Source: Parvularcula marina (GTDB lineage Bacteria > Pseudomonadota > Alphaproteobacteria > Caulobacterales > Parvularculaceae). From it: a stretch of DNA of 64,000 bases. The translations under genes were made by a program, and so were the position numbers. Positions 46,689 to 58,145 of the stretch are shown here, one piece after another. The notes beneath the pieces are model-generated. The model made no database searches, had not been told where the DNA came from, and saw only the letters and a program-made list of their open reading frames with translations. Positions within the stretch are counted from its first letter, which is position 1. Every line of letters starts with the position of its first letter. The stretch is taken from the NCBI RefSeq assembly GCF_003399445.1, contig NZ_QUQO01000002.1:316290-380289 (forward strand). The letters run 5' to 3'.

Positions 46689-47669
46689 CTATTCGACAGG
46701 GTAGGGACCATCCTCGAAGGTTTCTTCGTGATAACCTTTCACGCCGACTTCTGCTGCCAGTTGGCTTAGCGGAGAGCCGCCTTTCGCAACGCGGGCGAGC
46801 ACGGCGGCAAAATCATGTTTCGGCGTCCAGCCCAGCTCTTTTTGTGCAAGCGAGCTGTCATAGACCCGGTCGATCCCGGCGGGCGCGGTCCAGCCAAGGG
46901 CGTCATAGACGGGCCGGTAATCCGCATATCTGCCGATCACCGCCGGGGCATTCTCCCGCAGCTCGCTCGTATCCTGCGGGCTGAACGGCGTCGGGGCACT
47001 GATGATATAGCGTCCGAATCCGATCTGCGGCGCTTTTTCCGCTGCCAAAAGATGCGCGCTGACGACATCCTCAATATCGACACGGCGATGGAGGAACTCA
47101 TTCGCCTGCGCATTCGGTGTGCTGAACAGCGCGCGGGCGGCGGGGTCATCCTGCTCTTCCGGGAAGAACCTCGATGTCCTCAGGATGAGGCAATCGAGCC
47201 CGTCCTTCTTGTGAGCAAGCCAGCAGAGATCTTCGGCAGCAAGTTTGGTTGCGCCATATATGTTCTTTGTCACCGGGCGGACCTCTTCGGTAATCCACGC
47301 GGCGGGCGCACCGGGAGGCGGTGTGAGGGCCGCGCCGAAAGCGCTGGTCGTGCTGGTGAAGACAAAGGCGCCGACTCCTTCGCTAATCGCCGCCTCAAGC
47401 AGATTATTCGTGCCCGTCACATTCGTGTCGATGAAATCCTGACGACTGTGGGTCGCAACATGCGGCTTGTGCAGGGTCGCGGTGTGAAGGACGGCATTGA
47501 TGCCCCGCATCAGTTCGCGGACTAGGCCGGGGTCCGTGATGCTGCCGACATGGTCGGTGAAGGGACCGGGCTTGATGTCGATGGAGACCGCCTCGGCCCC
47601 ATTCCCGCGAAGACTGCGCATCAGGGCCTCGCCCAGATGTCCCGAACTGCCCGTGACCAGATATCGCAT
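46689..47669 (-). CDS. NAD-dependent epimerase/dehydratase family protein
   Basis: N-terminal Rossmann motif VTGSSGHLG and a YxxxK catalytic region. Confidence 0.8.
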   Translation of the reverse strand: MRYLVTGSSGHLGEALMRSLRGNGAEAVSIDIKPGPFTDHVGSITDPGLVRELMRGINAVLHTATLHKPHVATHSRQDFIDTNVTGTNNLLEAAISEGVGAFVFTSTTSAFGAALTPPPGAPAAWITEEVRPVTKNIYGATKLAAEDLCWLAHKKDGLDCLILRTSRFFPEEQDDPAARALFSTPNAQANEFLHRRVDIEDVVSAHLLAAEKAPQIGFGRYIISAPTPFSPQDTSELRENAPAVIGRYADYRPVYDALGWTAPAGIDRVYDSSLAQKELGWTPKHDFAAVLARVAKGGSPLSQLAAEVGVKGYHEETFEDGPYPVE

Positions 47670-47845
47670 GATGGCGCTCCCGCTTTGCGCCGGCGGCTCG
47701 CCAGCCGACCCGGATAGGGAATTAGGGCCCTCCGGGAAACCCCTTTCATACAGTTTGCGCTCTCATTTCGGGGGTGCGTCTGCGGCCTTCTCAGAGAGGG
47801 CCGGGCGCGCTAGGCTTTACCGAGAAACAACAAAAAGGGAACACC

Positions 47846-49642
47846 ATGACACGCACCCTTGCGGCGACACTCCTTCTCTCGACTGCGCTCTGCCTGCCAG
47901 CAGCGGCAGCCGCCAAGCCTTCCGCGCGGGAGGCAAAGGCCTTCATCGCCGAGGTTGAAGAAAATTATGAGCAGCTCTGGGAAGAGGCGGCGCGCATCGC
48001 CTGGCTCAAGGCGACCTATATCAATTTCGATTCCAACTGGCTTGAAGCGAAAATCAATGCCGAGCTGACCGAGATCGCGGTCGAATATGCAAACCGGGCG
48101 AAAGATTTCGATGATACCCGAGTTTCCGATGATGTGCGGCGTAAGCTGAATATCCTGAAGCAGAGCATTACGCTGCCGGCACCGACACGTGATGGCGCGG
48201 CCTCTGAACTCGCTGCTATCACCTCGCGCCTCGACAGTGCCTACTCAACCGGCAAGATCGATTTTGAGGATGAAGTCGTTCCCCAGAACCAGACTGAAAT
48301 CCTGATGCGCCAGCTTCGTGACCCAGCCAAGCTCGAAGAGGTCTGGACGAAATGGCGCGGCAACTCGGTTCAGATGAAACAGGACTATGTCGACATGGTC
48401 GAAATCGCCAATGCCGGAGCGAAAGAGCTTGGCTATGACGATCTGGGCCAGATGTGGCGGTCCAATTACGACATGGATCCCGACGCCTTCGCCGAAGAAA
48501 CCGACCGGCTGTGGGGACAGGTTGAGCCGCTCTACACAAATCTTCAGTGTCATGTGAAATACAGGCTGAACGAGGAATATGGCGACGAGGTCGTTCCTCT
48601 CGACCAGCCGATCCGCGCGGATCTTCTCGGCAATATGTGGGCACAGAGCTGGGGATCTATCTATGATCTCGTCGCACCGCCAACGGGGGACAGCGAGAGC
48701 ATCAATCTCGACGAGATCCTCGTGGCCGCGGATTACACCCCGCTGAAAATCACGCAGACAGCCGAGTCCTTCTTCACTTCGCTTGGTTTCGATCCGCTGC
48801 CGGATACGTTCTATGAGCGTTCGCAGATCACCAAGCCGGAAGGCCGGGAAGTTGTCTGTCACGCCTCGGCCTGGAACCTCGACAATGTCGATGATATCCG
48901 GATCAAGATGTGTACGGAGGTCAATGCAGATGACTTCCGCACCATGCACCACGAGCTGGGGCACAATTTCTACCAGCGTGCCTATAACAAGCAGCCTATG
49001 CTGTTCCGGGGAGACCCCAATGATGGTTTCCATGAAGCGATTGGTGACATGATCACGCTGTCGATTACGCCGGAATATCTCCAGCAGATCGGTCTCGTCG
49101 ACGAGGTTCCGTCCGCGGATGGCGATCTTGCGCTCCTAATGAATGAAGCGCTCGAGGGGGTGGCATTCCTGCCCTTTGGTCTTCTCGTTGATAAATGGCG
49201 CTGGCAGGTCTTCTCCGGCGAGCTGACGCCTGAGACCTATAATGATGGCTGGTGGGCCCTGCGCGAGCAGTACCAAGGCATCCGTCCGCCTAATGAGCGT
49301 CCGGCTGACGCGTTCGATCCGGGTGCGAAATACCATATCCCGGGCAACACGCCCTATATGCGCTACTTCCTTGCCCGCGTCCTGCAGTACCAGTTCTACA
49401 AGGCCGCTTGTGACCAGATCGGCTGGGAAGGGCCGCTTCACCGCTGCTCCTTCTATGGTGCTGAAGAGGTTGGCGAGAAATTCAACGCCATGCTCGAAAA
49501 AGGAAATTCGCAGCCATGGCAGGACAGCCTGGAACTCTTCACCGGCACGCGGGAAATGGATGCGTCCGCGCTCGTCGAGTATTACCGTCCGCTGATGGAA
49601 TGGCTGGAAGCGGAGAATGAAGGCCGTCAGTGCGGCTGGTAA
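47846..49642 (+). CDS. Peptidase M2 (angiotensin-converting-enzyme-like peptidyl-dipeptidase), secreted
   Basis: Signal peptide (LLLSTALCLPAAAAA), an HHELGHNFYQ zinc-binding HEXXH motif and a downstream EAIGD Glu ligand region. ~600 aa, typical of bacterial ACE homologues. Confidence 0.8.
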   Translation: MTRTLAATLLLSTALCLPAAAAAKPSAREAKAFIAEVEENYEQLWEEAARIAWLKATYINFDSNWLEAKINAELTEIAVEYANRAKDFDDTRVSDDVRRKLNILKQSITLPAPTRDGAASELAAITSRLDSAYSTGKIDFEDEVVPQNQTEILMRQLRDPAKLEEVWTKWRGNSVQMKQDYVDMVEIANAGAKELGYDDLGQMWRSNYDMDPDAFAEETDRLWGQVEPLYTNLQCHVKYRLNEEYGDEVVPLDQPIRADLLGNMWAQSWGSIYDLVAPPTGDSESINLDEILVAADYTPLKITQTAESFFTSLGFDPLPDTFYERSQITKPEGREVVCHASAWNLDNVDDIRIKMCTEVNADDFRTMHHELGHNFYQRAYNKQPMLFRGDPNDGFHEAIGDMITLSITPEYLQQIGLVDEVPSADGDLALLMNEALEGVAFLPFGLLVDKWRWQVFSGELTPETYNDGWWALREQYQGIRPPNERPADAFDPGAKYHIPGNTPYMRYFLARVLQYQFYKAACDQIGWEGPLHRCSFYGAEEVGEKFNAMLEKGNSQPWQDSLELFTGTREMDASALVEYYRPLMEWLEAENEGRQCGW

Positions 49643-49653
49643 CCAACGCCTGA

Positions 49654-51171
49654 TTGACACATGACGAGAGCCCGGTATCCGGACAGGATGCCGGGCCTTT
49701 TTCTATCCCGCCGGAGCCGATGATGAACGCTGCTGCCCCGAAATCCCGCCCCTCACGGGCTGCGATCCTGATCGGTGTGACGCTCGGGATCGTCATTCTG
49801 GTCAACTTGATCTCCCGGCAATGGCTGGGCGTTATCGTCAATGATCAGGCCGAGCAGGTCGTCTACTCACAGGACTGGCGGCTCGTTTATGATGAGCAGA
49901 TGCCGGTCTATCAGTGGATGACCAATATCCTCCTGCGGCTGACAGATTACTGGGTGCTGACACAGGATCTCGTCAAATATATCTGGCTGATCCTGACGGC
50001 GGTCTGCCTCTACCGGCTCGGCCAGCGCATGTCGGGCGCGGCGACGGGTGGGGCGCTGGCGGTGCTTTTCGCCTTCCTCCTGCCGACCGTGAATGAAGAT
50101 CTGCTGCGGGAGTATTCGCACTCCGCCGCCCTCATCGCCTTTACCGTCATGAGCATGCTCTATTTCGTCAAAGAGGGGCGAGAGCGGCCCCGGTTTGAGA
50201 CGTGGGCGCCGGGCCTTGCGCTCATCTGGGCACTCGGCATCTACGCCAAGCACTCGATGATGATCTTCATTGCAGCGGAGATTGCCGCCTTTGCCTGGCT
50301 CTTCCGGCCACGCTGGCCAGAACTCCGCTCACTGATCACCACGGCGGGCGCGGCCCTACTTGCGGCATTGCCAATCTATCTCATCATCGCCTTTCACCAG
50401 ACGGTCGTGGCCGAAGGGGTTGAGGAGTTTATGGGGGAGGGGTCTCCCATGGCCCGGTTCCGCGGGCTCACCGATTTTGCCGGATCCTTGCCAGCCGAAG
50501 GCGCGCTTCTCTTCCTCGCCTGCGGCATCGGCTATCTTTTCGCACGGGGTAAAGCGGGAACCACGGTCGATCAGAATACGCGGCTGATTTTTTGGATGAA
50601 TGTCGCGACGGTTCTGCTCTTCGTGCTCGGAGTCGTCATCTCCAACGCGTCGGTGTTCCGTGACCGCTGGTTGTCTCCGGCGCTGATCCTCTTTGCGCCG
50701 GTTGCTGCCCGCTGGTTCATTTTCGGGTTGAAGGCCCGCACCGCGCGGATCCTCGCGGTTTCTCTGTCTGTCGTCCTCCTCATCATCGGGTTCGAGCGGG
50801 CAGCCGAACCCCTGCTCAATCGGGGGTCGGGTAAGATTGATACAGAGAATCTGCCCCTCCGGGCGATTGCACGCGCGGTCGGAGAGGTGCGGGACCCGGG
50901 CGAGATCGTCGTTGCGGCTAACCAGTCGGTCGCCGGCACGATCAAGATGATGCGTCCCGACCTCATCGTCTATTCGCCCTGGACCATCGAGAACCTTGCC
51001 GAAGACGCCGATGACATCCTTCTGGTGACGACACAGAAACCCTCGATCAAGCCGTTGAATTTCCCTGATGAAAGCTGGTCATGTGAGACGCCGCATGAAT
51101 TCTATTTGCCATATCATCTGGTGACCGAGGGGACGTTCCGGTTCGAGCTCTCTCATTGCCGAAAGGGATAA
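49654..51171 (+). CDS. Polytopic membrane protein, possible ArnT/PMT-like (GT39/GT83-type) glycosyltransferase
   Basis: At least 10 predicted TM helices with a C-terminal soluble domain. The start is uncertain. Family assignment rests on topology only. Confidence 0.35.
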   Translation: MTHDESPVSGQDAGPFSIPPEPMMNAAAPKSRPSRAAILIGVTLGIVILVNLISRQWLGVIVNDQAEQVVYSQDWRLVYDEQMPVYQWMTNILLRLTDYWVLTQDLVKYIWLILTAVCLYRLGQRMSGAATGGALAVLFAFLLPTVNEDLLREYSHSAALIAFTVMSMLYFVKEGRERPRFETWAPGLALIWALGIYAKHSMMIFIAAEIAAFAWLFRPRWPELRSLITTAGAALLAALPIYLIIAFHQTVVAEGVEEFMGEGSPMARFRGLTDFAGSLPAEGALLFLACGIGYLFARGKAGTTVDQNTRLIFWMNVATVLLFVLGVVISNASVFRDRWLSPALILFAPVAARWFIFGLKARTARILAVSLSVVLLIIGFERAAEPLLNRGSGKIDTENLPLRAIARAVGEVRDPGEIVVAANQSVAGTIKMMRPDLIVYSPWTIENLAEDADDILLVTTQKPSIKPLNFPDESWSCETPHEFYLPYHLVTEGTFRFELSHCRKG

Positions 51172-51243
51172 TTCGCCCGTTTCCAAATTCCTCGTCCCGT
51201 TCTAGGCTGAGCGTCTGGGGATTGGTGCTTGAGGGGTATGGGC

Positions 51244-52575
51244 ATGTTTTCGAAATGGTTTGGCGGCAAGGGCCGGCAAAGGCGCGAAGAAGAAGACTAT
51301 TTCGCGCGGTTCACGGCGGAACTCGCCAAGCGTGGGCCGGATGTACCCAAGACAAGCGGCCCTGACATTTACGAGCAGTCGCGGATCTATCACCGGGCCG
51401 AACCGGCCGGGAAGATGGCCGCCGTCACGACCAAGCCGCTCGCAACCCAGCATGACCTTTCGCTTGCCTACAGCCCCGGCGTGGCGGGTCCCTGCCTCGA
51501 CATCCAGAAAAATCCGGCTGCGGCCTATGAGATGACCAACAAGTCGAACACGGTCGCGGTCATCTCCAACGGTACGGCGGTTCTGGGCTTGGGCAATATC
51601 GGCGCCATGGCGTCAAAGCCGGTGATGGAAGGCAAGGCCGCGCTCTTCAAGGCCTTCGCAGGCGTCGATGCCGTCGACATCTGCATTGATGAGAAAGACC
51701 CCAAAAAGCTCGCCGACATTATCTCGACGCTGGGGCCGAGCTTTGGCGGCATCAATCTCGAAGATATCAAGGCACCGGACTGTTTCATCGTTGAAGAAAT
51801 CTGCCGTGAGCGGATGGATATTCCTGTCTTCCATGATGACCAGCACGGTACAGCAACCGTGATCTATGCAGGGCTGATCAATGCGCTGGAGTTGACCGGA
51901 CGGACGCTTGAAAGCCTCAAGCTCGTCGTCAATGGCGCAGGCGCAGCGGCGATTGCGACGCTCGATCTTCTGACCTCACAAGGTCTGCCCAAGGACAATA
52001 TCACCCTGTTTGACAGTCAGGGATGTGTGACCACTTCCCGCAAGGGGCTGGAGGCACGGCGCGCTGTCTATGCAAAGGAAGGCAAGGGGCCAAAATCTCT
52101 CGCCAAAGCGCTTGAAGGCGCGGACATGTTCCTCGGCGTCTCGAAAGCTGCCGCGCTCAATCCGCTTTGGATTGCGCATATGAACAAGGCGCCGATCATC
52201 TTTGCGCTGGCCAATCCTGAGCCCGAAGTCTGGCCCGCCCATGCGCTGGAAGTGGCCTCCGATGCCATCGTTGCAACGGGGCGCTCAGATTTTGCCAATC
52301 AGGTGAACAACGTCCTTTGTTTCCCATTCCTCTTCCGCGGGGCGCTTGATGCGCGGGCGCATTCGATCACCCCAGCGATGCAGCGGGCGGCCGCGCTCGC
52401 CATTGCCGAGCTTGCGCGCTCAAAGCCGGGCAAGGAAACGACCGATGCCTATCCGAATGACGATTTCGTCTTTGGACAGAATTATATCCTGCCCAAGCCC
52501 TTCGATGCCCGTCTGGGCGAGGTCGTGCCTGCTGCCGTGGCGCAGGGCGCAAAAGAGGACGGTGTTGCGGGGTAG
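51244..52575 (+). CDS. NAD(P)-dependent malic enzyme (short form, no PTA domain)
   Basis: Malic-enzyme N-terminal domain (LSLAYSPGVA) and a GxGxxG NAD-binding domain (VVNGAGAAAIA). A GAGGGG Shine-Dalgarno sequence precedes the ATG at 51244. Confidence 0.85.
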   Translation: MFSKWFGGKGRQRREEEDYFARFTAELAKRGPDVPKTSGPDIYEQSRIYHRAEPAGKMAAVTTKPLATQHDLSLAYSPGVAGPCLDIQKNPAAAYEMTNKSNTVAVISNGTAVLGLGNIGAMASKPVMEGKAALFKAFAGVDAVDICIDEKDPKKLADIISTLGPSFGGINLEDIKAPDCFIVEEICRERMDIPVFHDDQHGTATVIYAGLINALELTGRTLESLKLVVNGAGAAAIATLDLLTSQGLPKDNITLFDSQGCVTTSRKGLEARRAVYAKEGKGPKSLAKALEGADMFLGVSKAAALNPLWIAHMNKAPIIFALANPEPEVWPAHALEVASDAIVATGRSDFANQVNNVLCFPFLFRGALDARAHSITPAMQRAAALAIAELARSKPGKETTDAYPNDDFVFGQNYILPKPFDARLGEVVPAAVAQGAKEDGVAG

Positions 52576-52593
52576 GGAAAACCCTGACGCGGC

Positions 52594-53613
52594 TCAGAGG
52601 ATCGAGAAAATCTCGGACAGCGGCGTGCCGGAGAAATCGACCGTCCAGCGCTGTTCGCCTTTCGTCAGATCAATACAGGCGATCCGGGTCGGTAGCGGCG
52701 TGAGGTCTGCGGGGCCGGCAAGCCCGAGACCCTGTTTGACCTGATCTTTCACCCAGCGGACATTCTCTTCAATCCGTGTGCGTCGTAGGCGGGAGAAGCC
52801 GACGACGATTTCGGTGGCAGAGATAAAATAGAGCCCCCGGCACCAGCCGAGCGGGCGGCCTGCGCCGATAATGGCATTCAGATCGTAAACCTCGGGCGCT
52901 TCCGGAAGTGACCGTTTAATGATGGCGAGTTGGCCATTCGTTGTCGTGAACCAGTGACGGCCAAGCGGGCCGATCTCCCCGTCATGAGGATTGCCGACCG
53001 GAATGGTCATGCGCCGCGACGGATCACCCAGATTGATGGCGTCGCGCTGGTGAAAGCGGGTGAGCCAAAGCTCTCCCTCGACCTCGCAGATATAGTTCGG
53101 GTGCGATTTATGCGGCTTGGTCGTCGGCACCTGCCGGTAATCCGTGCCTTTCTCGAAATACTCCCAGGGCGAGCTTTCGGGCAGGGCAGACCATTCCTCC
53201 AGGATCTCACCGTCCCAGTTCATCCGGACGGCCATGTCGAGACCGGTAATCACGACCAGCAGTGTATCATCAGCCGATGCGCTGACATGGTGGACGTCAT
53301 TAAACCATGGATGGGTGACCCGCCGCAGGACCTCTTTCGTCTGCGGATCGAAATCGAGGATTTCCGTCACTGTACAGAGGAGGAAGCGATCGCCGATCCG
53401 GCTGCTCGATTTAAAGACGACCGGTGTTGTTGTGCCGGTATAGGGCGCGGCATCTTCAATCTCGTATCGCCAGAATTCGCGAGAGGTTGTTTCCCCCTCC
53501 GGGCTGACAGTCACTTCATAGATCAGGCCCGCCACGCCGGTTTCCCATTCGGGAACGCCGATGGAAGGGCGTCTTTCTCCGCCCACGACATAGAGGGTGC
53601 GTGGGCTGGTCAT
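52594..53613 (-). CDS. Hypothetical protein (339 aa) immediately downstream of cobS
   Basis: A long ORF with coding-like composition, 6 bp after cobS. I recognise no motif. It is not CobT-like, lacking both the acidic stretch and a vWA domain. Confidence 0.45.
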   Translation of the reverse strand: MTSPRTLYVVGGERRPSIGVPEWETGVAGLIYEVTVSPEGETTSREFWRYEIEDAAPYTGTTTPVVFKSSSRIGDRFLLCTVTEILDFDPQTKEVLRRVTHPWFNDVHHVSASADDTLLVVITGLDMAVRMNWDGEILEEWSALPESSPWEYFEKGTDYRQVPTTKPHKSHPNYICEVEGELWLTRFHQRDAINLGDPSRRMTIPVGNPHDGEIGPLGRHWFTTTNGQLAIIKRSLPEAPEVYDLNAIIGAGRPLGWCRGLYFISATEIVVGFSRLRRTRIEENVRWVKDQVKQGLGLAGPADLTPLPTRIACIDLTKGEQRWTVDFSGTPLSEIFSIL

Positions 53614-53619
53614 AACCGA

Positions 53620-54609
53620 TCAAGCCACCTCGATCAGGGAGGCGGCTTCGGGCAGGTCCTCGCCGAAGGCGCGCTGGTAGAACTCGGCGACCAGTGGCCG
53701 TTCGAGCTCATCGCACTTATTGAGGAAGGTCACGCGGAAGGCGTAGCCGACATCCTGGAAGATCTCGGCATTCTGTCCCCAGTTGATCACCGTCCGCGGA
53801 GACATAACGGTCGAGATATCGCCATTCATCAGCGCGTTGCGCGTCATGTCGGCGACTCGCACCATGGCATCGACAGTCTTCTTGCCTTCATCGTTCTGAT
53901 AAGAGGGCAGCTTGCCGAGCACGATCTCGGTTTCCTCATCGTGTTCGAGATAGTTCAGGGTCGTGACGATGGACCAGCGGTCCATCTGGCCCTGGTTGAT
54001 CTGCTGGGTGCCGTGATAGAGCCCGGTCGTATCCCCAAGGCCAATCGTGTTGGTCGTCGCAAACAGGCGGAACCATGGGTTCGGTGTCAGCACACGGTTC
54101 TGGTCGAGCAGGGTCAGGCGCCCCTCGGCCTCCAGAATCCGCTGGATCACGAACATCACATCCGGACGACCCGCATCATACTCATCAAAGACCAGCGCGA
54201 CCGGGTTCTGGAACGCCCATGGCAGGATGCCTTCCTTGAATTCGGTCACCTGCATCCCGTCTTTGAGGACGATGGCGTCCTTGCCGATCAGGTCAATCCG
54301 GCTGACATGGCTGTCGAGATTGATCCGTACACAAGGCCAGTTCAGGCGGGCCGCGACCTGTTCGATATGGGTCGACTTGCCGGTGCCGTGATAGCCCTGA
54401 ATCATGACGCGGCGATTATGCATGAAGCCCGCGAGGATCGAAAGCGTCGTCTGCGGATCAAACCGGTAAGTTTCATCGACCGGCGGGACGTACGGATTGG
54501 GCTTGGAGAAGGCAGGCACCTTCATGTCGACGGGCACGCCGAACACTTTTTTTGCGTCAACCGTCGTGTCGGGTGCGGCAGGCATTTGCGTGTCGGGCAG
54601 TTCGGTCAT
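53620..54609 (-). CDS. cobS: Aerobic cobaltochelatase subunit CobS (MoxR-like AAA+ ATPase)
   Basis: Walker [10 protein letters not shown] and a Walker B VFDEYDAG. ~330 aa with the conserved N-terminal block characteristic of CobS. Confidence 0.8.
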   Translation of the reverse strand: MTELPDTQMPAAPDTTVDAKKVFGVPVDMKVPAFSKPNPYVPPVDETYRFDPQTTLSILAGFMHNRRVMIQGYHGTGKSTHIEQVAARLNWPCVRINLDSHVSRIDLIGKDAIVLKDGMQVTEFKEGILPWAFQNPVALVFDEYDAGRPDVMFVIQRILEAEGRLTLLDQNRVLTPNPWFRLFATTNTIGLGDTTGLYHGTQQINQGQMDRWSIVTTLNYLEHDEETEIVLGKLPSYQNDEGKKTVDAMVRVADMTRNALMNGDISTVMSPRTVINWGQNAEIFQDVGYAFRVTFLNKCDELERPLVAEFYQRAFGEDLPEAASLIEVA

Positions 54610-54716
54610 GACCCCAGGTCCTTAGATAGTCCAGACAGAACGGGCCGGGGCCTGTAAACGGCCACCAGCCCGGTGGTTATAAGATGGGGCGAGCGATCAG
54701 GCGCGCCCGGCAGGGA

Positions 54717-56483
<1,767 letters not shown>

Positions 56484-56546
56484 CTCGTCTCTCCTTGGAA
56501 AGTCTTAATTCTTCGCGGCCCGGTCTATCCGAAGCCGGGTAGGGGC

Positions 56547-56927
56547 TCAACGCCCCGGGACGGGGCAAAATTTCACACGTTCCTTAAGGGACGGGCGCGC
56601 GACCTCGACAGCGTAGAGGTCGGTGATGCTCTGGGACAGCACGGCGTGGATATAGCGCGCGATATTCTCGAGCGTCGGGCGCTCAAGCCCTTCAATTGTA
56701 TTGAGAAAACGGTGATCGAGCCTGGCGTGGACCCGCGCGCATTCTTCTTTTAGCGCCGCAAAGTCCATGACCCAGCCCGTCTCACCGACATCTTCGGCGG
56801 CCAAGGTGACGGTCACCTCAAAGCTGTGGCCATGGATATGGCCGTAAGGGTGGTCAGGCTTGTCTTCGACATTGGCGCCCAGCTCATGGGCAGCCTCAAA
56901 GTGAAAAGTGTAGGATTGTTCGAACAT
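56547..56927 (-). CDS. queD: 6-carboxy-5,6,7,8-tetrahydropterin synthase / 6-pyruvoyl-tetrahydropterin synthase
   Basis: 126 aa with FEAAHEL...HGHSF zinc-binding His motifs. Confidence 0.8.
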   Translation of the reverse strand: MFEQSYTFHFEAAHELGANVEDKPDHPYGHIHGHSFEVTVTLAAEDVGETGWVMDFAALKEECARVHARLDHRFLNTIEGLERPTLENIARYIHAVLSQSITDLYAVEVARPSLKERVKFCPVPGR

Positions 56928-57012
56928 CGCGGCGCTCTAGCGCGTTTTTTGTAAATGTGTAGGCGGTTTCGCGGCCCAAACAGGGTGAATGCGCATTTTG
57001 CGGCTCTGATGC

Positions 57013-57399
57013 TTACCCTTTCAGGGCTTCAGGCTCGATATCTGTCATGTGACAGCCGATCCCGGCGCAATCGGCAAAGGCGCTTAGCTTGCGGGTCTCA
57101 ACGATGACCCCGGCAATGGTGTCCCGCGCGCGCAGCCGCTCGATCAGCGCCTCGCAATAGGATTCCTGCAGGCCGAAATGGCGTTCCTCGCACAGCTCCA
57201 GCGCGTCATCGCGAAGGTGGTTATAGTCGACCACATCCTCGATGCCGTCGCCCTCGCCAAGGCGACTGACGATGGCGATGATATCGATACGGACGGGTTG
57301 CGGGCTGACTTCATCGGGATTGACCCCGAGGCGCATGTCGATGCGCAGATTGTCCGCGAAGATCGCGTAATAGCCTTTTGCGAGAAGCGGCACTCTCAT
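57013..57399 (-). CDS. folB: Dihydroneopterin aldolase
   Basis: 128 aa with the FolB fold region (VRIDIIAIVSRLGEG...DYN). It overlaps the upstream SDR gene by 4 bp. Confidence 0.7.
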   Translation of the reverse strand: MRVPLLAKGYYAIFADNLRIDMRLGVNPDEVSPQPVRIDIIAIVSRLGEGDGIEDVVDYNHLRDDALELCEERHFGLQESYCEALIERLRARDTIAGVIVETRKLSAFADCAGIGCHMTDIEPEALKG

Positions 57400-58145
57400 T
57401 TGCCTTCTCCCTTGAATGAAATGTCCCGGTGCGTCGGGATCAGATGCTCGCCATTATCGGCCAGGATCGTCTGGCCGGTGATCGCCCGGCAGGAAAGACA
57501 GAAGGCGACTGTGCGGGCGATATCTTCCGGGTCGAGACGGCGGCCCAGCGGATTGGCGCTGGCGGCCTTCTTCTCGAATGCGGCCTCGCTCTCTCCGGGT
57601 GAGGGCAGGGTATAGCCGGGGGCAACACCGCAGACGCGGATATGGGGCGCAAAATCCTGCGCCATCAGATGGGTGGCGGTCTGGAGCGCAGATTTCGACA
57701 GCGTGTAGCTGTAATGGTCCGGGTAAAGATTGGAGAGCTTCTGGTCGAGGATATTGACGATGACCGGATCGCCCGCTCTGTCCACCTGTTCGGCAAAAGC
57801 GCGGGCAAGGAGCACCGGCGCAAGCGTATTGGTCCGCAAATGCGCCATCAGCGAGGCTTCGCTGACATCGCCTGCGCGGTCATGCTCGAAGATCGAGGCA
57901 TTATTGATGAGCGCCGAGAGGGGGCCACCGGCAGCTTTTACGGCCTTGCCGATCAGCCCACTGACCGCCTCCGCATCGGCAAGGTCGGCGCCGACAGCGA
58001 CTGTGCCCAGCTCATCAGCCAGCGCGCGGGCTTCATCGCCTGAATGGTTATAATGGATGACCGGCTGCCAGCCTTGCGCCTTCAGATGGCGTGCGATCAC
58101 CGCGCCGAGGCGCTTCGCGCTGCCGGTGACAAGGACGCGCTTCAA
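57396..58145 (-). CDS. SDR-family oxidoreductase, probable pteridine reductase
   Basis: TGSAKRLG Rossmann motif and a YxxxK catalytic pair. Operonic with folB. Confidence 0.65.
   Translation of the reverse strand: MKRVLVTGSAKRLGAVIARHLKAQGWQPVIHYNHSGDEARALADELGTVAVGADLADAEAVSGLIGKAVKAAGGPLSALINNASIFEHDRAGDVSEASLMAHLRTNTLAPVLLARAFAEQVDRAGDPVIVNILDQKLSNLYPDHYSYTLSKSALQTATHLMAQDFAPHIRVCGVAPGYTLPSPGESEAAFEKKAASANPLGRRLDPEDIARTVAFCLSCRAITGQTILADNGEHLIPTHRDISFKGEGK

Noticed and set aside
52930-54657. 575-aa plus-strand ORF
   Set aside because: It is antisense to cobS and the hypothetical gene. CobS has Walker motifs on the minus strand.
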